Shown: positions 50,961-61,189 of the stretch, one piece after another | Numbering within the stretch: the first letter of the stretch is position 1 | How the letters are laid out: each line of letters begins with the position of its first letter | NCBI RefSeq assembly: GCF_963921235.1 | Contig: NC_086097.1 | Span: forward strand, 214,398,001-214,462,000 | Source: Mobula hypostoma | Lineage: Eukaryota | Direction: 5' to 3' | DNA length: 64,000 nt | Made by a program: the position numbers and the translations under genes | Notes under the pieces: generated by a model | What the model was told of the DNA's origin: nothing | The model's database searches: none | What the model saw: the letters and a program-made list of their open reading frames with translations, nothing else

Positions 50961-53241
50961 GATAGGCCACGTGCATTATTTAGTCCTTCACCTTACTGAT
51001 AATTTTAGAACTAAATCTGTTTATTCATTTTTAGATCGTCTTTCACTTTGATGCCCGCACTCTGGTTCAGAAAGGTCATGTCCAGACCAAACTGCTGATA
51101 GAACACCGCGGACCTCAGAGTGGCTGCACTCCACATTGTGGCTTGTGCTTAAAATAAAATTGCAATTAAGCATGATTTCTTAAAATAGGCACCCATTTGT
51201 GGGCAGATTATACGCAGAAGAAAAACTGATGACATTGAAGCAGTGGCCCAGAAAGGGCAATCAACTGATCAAAAACAAATAAAGATACAACAGCCCAAGC
51301 TCTTTGCTTGTCATGCAAGTTCTAGTGAGATACAAATACCAAGGTGACGAGAACAGTAGTCTGGTAATGTGCGTGCCAGCATGAACTGCCAGCTAGAGAC
51401 AGCATACAGATATGTGCCCCACCGTCAGATCTTTTCTCTATGCCAGCAGGATACTCTGCCACTCCATTTTCTTTAGATTGCATTTCCTACTTTCCCAACT
51501 TAATCTTTGACAAGCTTCTATTGTTTTTTTTTTATTGGAGGTCATTGAGTTTGCGAGGAACATGAGCTTTTTGTCCAGCATATCTCCAGTGTCATTATAA
51601 TTGAAACCTCCTTGAGGTAGTGGGTACAGTACTTCAGACGACCAAAGTGAGAGATGAAAGTTATCAGTGAACACTCCAGCCCGTTGCTTAGCACGGGTAA
51701 TCAGGACTCAGCTATATATACTGTCTGTGGGTTCAACCTCCTGAAGGATACTCCCTCATCAGCCTCAGAGACTGAAATGACAGGTCATTGGGGGCTTAGG
51801 GACTTCGTGAAGGTTCCTCCATGTTTTGTTGGTCAAAGCAAGTATAAAGGGCATTGAACTCATCTGGGAGTGAAACTTTATTGTCACATTGGTCTCTTGG
51901 TTTTATTTTGTAGGAGGTCATAGAGTCCTGGAGAAGTACAGCACAGAAACAGGCTCCTCGGCCCATCCAGTCCATGCCAAGATCATTTAATGGCCTACTC
52001 CCATTGACCTGTACCAGGACCATAGCCCTCCATACCCCTACCATCCATGTACCTGTCCAAACTGTGCTTAAATGTTGAAATCAATCTTGGTTGCACCACT
52101 TGAACTGGCAGCTCATTCCACATTCTCCTGACCCTCTGAGTGAAGAAGCTTCCCCTTATGTTCCCCTTAAACTTCTCACCTTTCATAGAACATAAAAATC
52201 TACAGCATATTACAGGCCCTTCAACCCAGAATGTTGTGCCAACCATGTAACCTACTCTTGAAACTGCCAAGAATTACTCTACTGCATAGCCCTCTATTTT
52301 TCTAAGCTCCATGTACATATCTAAGAATCACTTAAAAGACCCTATTGTATCCGCCTCCACCACTGTCACTGGTAGCTCATTCCATGCATTCACCACTCTC
52401 TGTGTAAAAAAAAAACAAACTTGCCCCTGACATCCCCTCTGTACCTACTTCCAAGCACCTTAAAACTATGCGCCTTTGTGTTAGCCATTTCAGCCCTGAG
52501 AGAAAACCTCTGGCTACTCACATGATCAATGCCTCTCACCATCTTATACACCTCTATCAGGTCACCTCTCATCCTCTGTTGCTCCAACGATAAAAGGCCA
52601 AATTCACTCAAATTATTCTCATGAGGCACACTCTCCAATCCAGGCAACATCCTTGTAAATCTCCTCTGCACTCTTTCTATAACATCCACATCCTTCCTGT
52701 AGTGAGGTGACCAAAACTTTCACCCTTAACGCATGACCTTTGGCTGCAGTCCCATCCAATTTCAGTGGAAAACGCCAGCTTGTATATACCTCTCATAATT
52801 TTATGTACTTCTATCAAGTATCCTCTCAATCTTCTATGTTCTAAAGAATACTATCATGACCTATTCAGTCTTTCCTTATGAAGTTGTCCAGACCTGGCGA
52901 CATCCTTGTAAATTTTCTCTGTACTCTTTCGATCTTTCCTGTAGGTAGGTGACAAAACTGCACACAATGCTCCAAATTAGGCCTCACCAACTTCTGCAAC
53001 TTCAGCATAACATCCCATTTCCTGTACTCAATGCTTTGATTTATGAAGGCCAATGTGCTGAAAGCTTTCTTTATGACCCTGTCTACCTGTGCACCACTTT
53101 CAGAGAATTATGGGCCTTTATTTCCGGATCACTTTGTTCAACCACACTCCTCAGTGCCCTGTTGTTCACTGTGTAAGACTTACCCGGATTGATCCTACCA
53201 AAATATAAAAAACTTGCTCTTGTCTGCATTAAATTCCATCT

Positions 53242-53371
53242 TTCAAATCCCTTACTCACTCTTCCTTCAGTTAGTCCTGACGAAGGGTCTCGGCCTGAAA
53301 CGTCGACTGCGCCTCTTCCTATAGATGCTGCCTGGCCTGCTGCGTTCACCAGCAACTTTGATGTGTGTTGC
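53242..53371 (+). mobile_element. Solo Penelope pLTR fragment with hammerhead
   Basis: Perfect 13-bp TSD ttaaattccatct (53229-53241 / 53372-53384); inserted in CR1 RT. Confidence 0.92.
53272..53309 (+). ncRNA. Minimal type-I hammerhead ribozyme motif
   Basis: tagtc CTGACGA(53277-53283) A gggt ctcg gcct GAAAC(53297-53301) GTC gactg. Confidence 0.75.
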
Positions 53372-55929
53372 TTAAATTCCATCTGCCATTTTTCAGCCCA
53401 TTTTTTTTGGCTGAGGCAGATCCCTCATGATAGCCTTCCTCACAGTGCACTACTATACCCCCATCTTGGTGTCATCCGCGAATTTGCTGATCCAATTAAC
53501 CACATTATCGTCCAGATCATTGATATAGATTACAAACAACAGAAGACCCAGCACCGATCCCTGCGGCACACCATTCGTCACAGGCCTCCAGTCAGAGAGG
53601 CAACCCTCTACTACCAGTCTCTGGCTTCTCCCACAAAGCCAACATCCAATCAAATTTACTACCTCATCCTGAGTGCTGAGCAACTGAAGCTACTTGACTA
53701 ATCTCCCCTATGGGACCTTGTCAAATGCCTTGCTAATGTCCATGTAGACAAGATCCACTACTTTGCCTTCATCCACTTTCCTGTTAACGTTCTTGAAAAT
53801 ATCTATATGATTGTCTAGACATGACCTACCTATCCCTAATCAGTCCCTGTCTACCCAAAGGCTTATATATTCGGTCCTTAAAATACCTTCCAATAACTTT
53901 CCCGCAACTGATATCAGACTCAACGGTCTATAATTTCATGGTTTATGTTTAGAGCCTTTTTTAAACAGCAGAACAACATTGGCTATCCTCCAATCCTCTG
54001 GTACCTCCCCTGTCACTAAGGACGATTTAAGTATTTCTGCTAGGGCCCCGACAATTTCTGCACTTGCCCCCCACAGGGTCCGAGAGAACACCTTGTCAGG
54101 CCCTGGTGATTTATCCACTCTGATTTGCCTCAGGGAGCAAACACCTCCTTCTCTATAATCTGTGGGTCCATGAAGTTGATGCTGCTTTGCCTCACTTCTA
54201 TAGACTCTGTGTCCATCTCCTGAGTAAATACAGATGTAAATAATTTATTTAAGATCGCCCTCATCTGCTTTGGCTCTACACATGGATTACCATTCTGGTC
54301 TTCCAGAGGACCAATTTTGTCCCTTGTAATCCTTTTGTTCTTAACATCTGTAATATCCCTTAGGATTTTTCTTCCCCTTGTCTGATAGAGCAACTTCATG
54401 CCTTCTTTTAGCTCTCCCGATTTCTTTAAGTGTTCTCTTGCATTTCTTATACTCCATAAGCACCTCATTTGTTCCTACTTATCTATACCCCCTATGCACC
54501 TCCTTTTTTCTTTTAATCAGGGCCTTAATATCTCTTGACCTTTTACCTTTTATCCTGACAGGCATATACAAGCATTGTACTCTGAAAATTTAGTTTTTGA
54601 AGGCCTCCCACTCACCAAGTACACCTTTGCCAGAAAACAGTCTGTCCCAATCCACACTTACCAGATCATTTCTGATACCATCAAAATTGGCCTTTCTCCA
54701 ATTTAGAATCTGAACCAGTGGACCAGACCTATCTTTTTTCATATTTACTTTGAAGCTAATGGCATGTGGTCAGTAGATGCAAAGTGTTCCCCTACACACA
54801 CTTCAGTTGCCCGCGCTGTCTCATAGCAGGATCGGTATCACACACTCTCTAATTGGGACTTTATGTACTGATTAAGGAAACTTTGCTGAACACATTTGAC
54901 AAACTCTATCCCATCTCCTACAGCAACTCCTAAGTCATGTATTAAATGGTATCTTCCTAGTCCTGGCCTCACCAGCACATGGCACGGGTAGCAATCCTGA
55001 GATCACAACCCTGGAGATCTTGCCCTCTAACTTGTATTTGTCATTTGTCCTACCCATGTCATTGGTACCTTCATGGACCACGACTTCTGGCTGTTCACTC
55101 TCCCACCTAAGAATACTGAGCACTTGATCCGAGATGTTCTGGACCCTGGCACAGAGACAACGTACCATCCAGGCATCTCAATCTGGCCCACAGAACCTCC
55201 TGTCCATTCTCCTTACTAATGAATCCCCTGCCACCACAGCATGCCTCTTCACCACCACCCCCTTCCCTTCTGAGTCACAAAGGCAGACACGGTGCCAAAG
55301 AACCTACCACTGTGACTTTCTTCTGTTAGGTCATCCCCCCATAGACAGTATCCAAAGTGGTATACCTGTTGTTGAGGGGATGGCCACAGGGGTACTCTGC
55401 ACTGGCTTTTTAACCCTCTTACCCTTGCTGTCACCCAGTTTCTTGTGTCATGAACCTTGAGTGTAGCTACCTCTCTATATGTCCTACCCGTCTCCTGAAT
55501 GATCTGGAGTTCATCCAGTTCCAGCTCCTTACCGTGGATGTTAGAAGCTGCAACTGGATGCACTTCTTGCAATTGTAGTCATCAGGGATGCTGGAGGTCT
55601 CGCTGCCTTCAACTATCCTGCCTGGCATCTCTATTGTGCTAACTGAGGAGATGTAAAGCAGGGAAGGAAAGCAAAAACTTTACCCAGAGCTTTTCTTTTT
55701 GCCTTCTCTGACTGAAGCCTCGAAGAGCTAAAGCCTCACCACTCCCGCTCCAGCGATGGCCACTGCGCTTGCCCCTGCCTTCTTTAATTTGCTCTCGCTC
55801 ATCAATCCCAAATGCCGATTGGCTGCTGATCAGAACTCCATAATAAGGTGCCACGATCCATCGCTGCCTTTTTCTACTCTCAGTGGACCTGAGTGAAATC
55901 CACAGGTGATAGCATTCAAGCCCTGACAC

Positions 55930-57250
55930 AGCTGCCTAGCATCGTGTAGTGCTTCAAGTTTGGTCTGGATTTCTCACTTCACATGTGAGACGAATTTTTT
56001 GAGATTATGCCTGGATCTCTTGTATTTTACTTGGTTGCTATACCCAAACCCCACTGATCTGGTCATCAGCTGATTATGGATCTCTTGGTTCATCCAGGGC
56101 TTCTGGTTGGGGAAGGCTCTGAAAGATCTTGTGGGACACACTCATCCACGACTGACAACTGTGGCATATTCATTCAAATCTTCTCATGAGTCTTTCAACA
56201 TGCCACAGTCCATCAACTCAAAGAGCAATCCCATAGCCACTCAGATTTCTGGAAATGTGGTCTAGGTATGGAACGGTAGACAGTTCTGTGTAGAGTAGCA
56301 GTGATCGAGTGTGCTAGGGAAGAATCTGATAACCTACCTCAATGATTATCATCCAGTAGTATCTGCATCGACTGTTATGAAGTGCTTTGAGAGGTTGGTG
56401 ATGAAACATAGCAACTCCTGCCTGAGGAGCGCCTTGAATCCACTCCAATTTACCTCTTGGTGCAACAGGTCCACAGCAGATGCCATTTCATTGACTTTCA
56501 ACTCAACCCTGGAACATCTGGACAGTGAAGATGCATGTATCAGGATGCTTTTCGTTGACATTAAATTCTGCATTAAATACTGTTATCCTCTCAAAACTAA
56601 TTTACAATTTCCAAGACTTAGGCCTCAATACCTCCTTGTGCAACTCGATCCTCGATTTCATCACATGCAGACCCCAGTCAGTTTGGATTGGCGGCAACAA
56701 CTCCTTCCCAATTACCATCATCTCAGCTGCATCCCAAGGCTGTGTGCTTAGCCCTCTGCTCTACTCATTTTATACTTATGACCGTGAGATTAAATACAGC
56801 TCCAATGCCATATTTATGTTTGATGGTCTTAGCCAAATCAAAGGTCGGAGGGAATCAGGAGGGAGATTGAAAACCTTGCTGACAACCTCTCACTCAATGT
56901 CAGCAAAATCAAACAGCTGATTATTGACTGCAGGAAGAGGAAGCCAAAGGTCCCATGATTCATTCCACGTCAGGAGATCAGAGAACCTATGGACTCACTT
57001 CGAAGGACTCTAAATCTCATGTTCTTGATATTTATTGCTTATTTATTATTGTTTTGTTTCTTTCTGTATTTGCGCAACTTGTTGTCTTTTGCACATTGGT
57101 TGTTAGTCCGTCTCTGTTGTGTACAGATTTTCATTGATTCTGTTGTGTTTCTTTAGATTTACTGTGAATGCCCGCAAGAAAATGAATCTCAGGGTTGTAC
57201 GTGGTGACACTTATGTACTTTGATAATAAATTTACTTTGAATTTTGAACA
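55930..57250. mobile_element. Rex1 LINE remnant: minus-strand linker piece plus plus-strand RT and 3' UTR
   Basis: FPNQKPWM on the minus strand near 56100; LNDYHPVV...MKCFERLV and SQGCVLSPLLY on the plus strand from 56311; Rex tail ends ~57250. Confidence 0.8.
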
Positions 57251-58724
57251 TTGAGTGCCATCTGATAATCACACTGTATTCATTTCAGCCACCTTCCACA
57301 TTTTCCAGCTGGTAGCACATGACTGACAGCTTGCCGAGTGCTGTCTCACTCCATTTCAGAATGGAGTCTGAAAGCTATCTGTTCCATAACAAGGCCCAGA
57401 ATCACCAAGTAAGTATAATAACCTCAGCGTGAATGACTTGGCAAGCTGAGTGCCCTCCTTCTGTGCTGTAAACATTCTGTGAATTTATGAAAGGGGTTCT
57501 ACAAAACATTTTTTCATAATCTTCCCTGGCATTAAAATAAGTACATTGGAGTTGCCAGCAGTAAAAATTACATAATATTTGAGGCAGAATGGAAGTAATA
57601 ACAGTAATTCAGAAAGTTGCCGGTGTTTTATGATGTTTAGTGCAAGCCAAATTAAAAATAAAAGGATACCATTGTTTTATTACACAGAGAAAAATGGAGA
57701 GGTGTGACCTCAATAAAACTTGATGATAGCTGTTATTTTTAGTGCCTTGCCATAGGTCTCTGGACAATAAGCTTTTAAAATGAACCATGTTATCAACTAT
57801 CTTCGACTGCAATTGCCTGGGGGAGATTGCCTTTCATATTGCTCTGCTGGGAGCCTGATTTGGAAGGCACTGATAGTCCAGTCAAAAATTATGCAGAATC
57901 TATACTTAGTCATATTCGAAGCACAGGTCAAATGTTTAACAATTGTTCTGAAACCTTTAAAATTATTCTTAAAAAAGTAATTGTACATCTGAGTAACCAA
58001 GTGTAGAAATTTTACACTCACTTGTGTAAACACATTCTTGCAGAAATGCTTCCACATTCAACTGTATTTATGAATAATTGAGCTCTCTAATGCATACAAC
58101 TGTCAGAATGCACACCTCTCTAATTTGACAATGAATGTTATCCTTGATTCCTTTATTTGTTATTTGTAGTTCCAGTAGAATGATCAGCCCTTTGCTTTAC
58201 TGCAGCTTAATAGGATTAATTATTGTGCTTTTTGTACAGAAGTCATTGTGCTCCATGCTACCTCCTTTCCAAGTTCCCCCAAAGGTTTGATACCCAGGAC
58301 CATCTGCAGCAATATTTAAATTCTGAATTCAGAGTAGGAGGTGATGTCTGAGCATGGGAGTTCCCATGCTATTTAGTCCAAATTTGCTTGGTTTAGTACC
58401 TGCAGTTTTGTATAAACAACTTCTTATTTACTTTTTAACATCTTGTCTAATTTAAATACTTCCGGTATTTTTCTTTCTTTGGGGTCACAGGAATTAAAAT
58501 GCTATGGATCCCACTACAGATTTCAGACTGGTCAACTAAACATTAGGTCAGGAGATCTGTGCAAGTCATACCAGCTGTATTTAGAGAAAGGAGACCAACA
58601 TTATATCAGCCCCAGAGCTGGAGGAACTGAATGAAAAGATGTAAACTGTTTCTTTGAGTAGAAGCAGTTTCTTGAGGACAGATTATGTTTGCCCTGGGCT
58701 GCCTGAAGGCCTAAAGAAGATAAA

Positions 58725-58935
58725 AGGAATTGCATTTATTACTTGCTTTTCAACCTTCATGCAGGCAGAAAGTGGTTAAAAGTGAGTGAAATCCCTACTT
58801 TTTGAAGCACAGTCTCTATTGCACAGCAGAAATGTAGCAGAGGAAGGCCCTGCACACAACCGTGTGATAATGACCTATTGATTTGTTTCAGTAAATCTAC
58901 TTGAAGCATAAATATTTAGTCAAGTCAGGAGTGTG
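58725..58935 (-). mobile_element. Ancient Deu-domain SINE remnant (SacSINE1/AmnSINE-like)
   Basis: tactttttgaagcacagtc...tgtgataatgacc...taaatatt resembles the reverse Deu domain; ttgcatttat L2-type tail. Recognised from memory, not aligned. Confidence 0.55.
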
Positions 58936-59039
58936 ATCAGCAGGTTAAAAATCATTCATGGATAGGGGAGTATAATTAATATTTCGTACAGGTGACTTCC
59001 ATCAGAACATTTTGGTCATCAGGGAGATTATACGTGCTC

Positions 59040-60420
59040 CCATCCCGATGAAGGGTCTCATCCGAAAATGTCAATTGCCTATTTCCCTCTAAAGATTCTG
59101 CTTGAACCACTGAGTGATTCAGGAGTTGGATTGTTTGTCCAGATTCCGACATCCACAGACATATTCTTACACTTAGCAATAGAGTCATAGTGTCATTTGC
59201 ATTCAACTGAAAGGGCATATATAAAATAAAGTGCTGGAAATACTCGGCAGATCAGGCAGCATTTGTGGAGGGAGAAAGAGTTATTGTTTCAGATCATTCA
59301 CATTTCAGTGGAAAAAGTTCAATATCAAATATACCGCAGGGGTGAAGGGACTGAAAGAACAACATTTTTGCGATTAGTGAAAAAGACTCACCACACAAAA
59401 GGGGATGGTAGTAAAAGACTCACCACACAAAAGGGGATGGTAGTAAATAGTGATATGGAGGTTAAGACCAGATTGATGAAAAGTCATGCTAATTATTTGA
59501 AATTCAATGTAATGCCCAAAAGATTTTAACATATCTGTTTGGAACATGAGGTGATGTTTCTGAAGCTTGCTTTGAGCTATTTTTGGAACCATGTAAAATG
59601 CTGAAGACAGAAGTCAGTATGGATTTTGGATGGAGAATTAAAGGGCAAGCAACTGGAAGGGACTAATGGTAAATGTACTGCAAAATGGTCGTTCAATCTG
59701 GACTTGGATTCTCCCTTATGCAGAGAGCAGGAAGAAGTGCAGCTGAACTGTTGTACCTGGCAAGAGTATTTGTTGCCCTATGGGAAGAGGAAAAAGGAGG
59801 AATTGTATCTCCTGGGGTTTCACAGGAAGGTGTCATAAAAGGGGAGTGAACAGGACTGGAACTTGATTGTCCCAGAGGAAATGGTTTCTTCAGAATGATG
59901 AAGGGGGAATGAAAGCTGTGTCTTATTGTGGCATTGTGCAAGTGTGGAAGCTGGAGCAGGGGCTATCTTACTCTTGTTCTGGGTCAGAGTGAAATGGATG
60001 AGTGTGGAAGTGTAGTTTATAGAACAAATATGGTTAAAGCCCCCATCAACCGTGGTGTTGCTGTAGCATGGCACGAGATGAGGTATTGGATATTGTTGAA
60101 GGACTACAGAACCTGAGTTCAGTCTGCTCAGATTAGTAATTTATTACTCCACCTGCAAGAGAGTGCTGTTATACACACTTTTTCTAACCTAGTGAAAGGC
60201 TGCAGATAATAATTATGTTAGCAATTGTATATAGATATATAAGTCCTTACAGCTATAATGCAGTGTCTGGTCATAAAAATAATATCTCACTAAATACAGT
60301 GTACTAGTTCTATAATGTTTGGGGAAAAGAGGCCCAAATTTAGCACAAGTACACCTCATATTCTGCCTGAGTAGTCTACAAAGCATTGGTATGAATACTG
60401 AATTCCAGATAACCTTCACC
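59040..60420. mobile_element. Old Penelope remnants (pLTR at 59040-59160 on plus; body from 59225 on minus)
   Basis: ccgatgaagggtctcatccgaaaatgtc decayed hammerhead; tgctggaaatactcggcagatcaggcagcatttgtgg; body collinear with 42600-42960. Confidence 0.6.
59381..59444. repeat. Perfect 32-bp tandem duplication
   Basis: aaaagactcaccacacaaaaggggatggtagt occurs twice. Confidence 0.95.
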
Positions 60421-60675
60421 TCCCCAACTCCCTCACTTCCTCCTCTCACCTCCCCCCTCCCTCACCTCCCTCTCTCCCTCACCTCTTCTCCCTCATCTTC
60501 TCCAATCCCCGCCTCCCTTACCTCCCATCTCCCTCCCCCTCTCCCTTGCCTTCTCCACCTCTCCCTCGCCTCCCCTCACCTCCCCCCCATTCTTATCCAC
60601 CCCAATCCATTCAATTCTGTTACCTTTCCCATATCCGTGCCCTTATCCCTACTTTTTCTCCCACTCCCCCACCTC
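60415..60675. repeat. C/T-rich low-complexity polypyrimidine tract
   Basis: Imperfect cctcacctcccc repeats; very few G on the plus strand. Confidence 0.85.
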
Positions 60676-61189
60676 CGAGCTGAATGTTGACCCTCCCTTC
60701 GCTCTGTTTCTGCTGCAGGCGATTTTGGATTAACTGTTGGAACTCACATTGAGCCAGACCTTCAGACTCAACAGGACAGTTTGTTTCATCTCCTTTGATC
60801 TCAGAAGGGGATGATGCAGTCGATATGCTGAATGCTAACCTTGCCACTCGTAAACATCTTGACCACATGCGAAAATCATTTATATAAACAAAGTTTATAG
60901 TGATGTTTTTCAAATCAGCCTTTATTTCATTTTCAGAATTCTTTCTGAGCTCTGCTGGAATTCTGACTATTTTAATTGTCTTCTGTTTTCATTCAATTTG
61001 CCCTCAGCAATGAGAATCATGTTCATGGCTGTGGTCCGAGAAACAGCTCAACTGGTGCTCTGCCAGTGGTCTTGTGACCACTTTTCCAGTGCCTCATCAG
61101 AAAGCGTTTGTGGTGTTGTGATAATGGATGTTTCTTTGATCCAGCACTTGCTTAATAAGGATCCAGCTGCAGCTTCAAACACCCACATT

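Larger units (their letters stand above)
51917..55880 (-). mobile_element. Near full-length decayed CR1 LINE with nested CR1 and pLTR
   Basis: ORF1 CLCARVQNISDQ...HEGTNDMG; KSPGPD; GVPQGSVLG / FADDTK; a second CR1 3' fragment sits at ~52183-52713. Confidence 0.9.

Noticed and set aside
51020..51160. Acceptor-like ttcatttttag followed by a short open frame
   Set aside because: Weak donor, unrecognised 40-aa peptide and no supporting neighbouring exons.
58351..58370. Near-perfect 20-bp palindrome agcatgggagttcccatgct
   Set aside because: Isolated, with no element context; not distinguishable from chance without further data.
59381..59444. 32-bp direct repeat as a CRISPR array
   Set aside because: Only two adjacent units with no spacer, no cas genes and a eukaryotic context; it is a simple tandem duplication.
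60319..60690. Pro/Leu/Ser-rich 123-aa ORF
   Set aside because: It is an artefact of the stop-free pyrimidine tract.
60708..60800. Possible kinase exon (tgctgcag then (G)DFGL)
   Set aside because: The frame stops after ~25 codons, there is no good donor, and the following residues do not resemble an activation loop.
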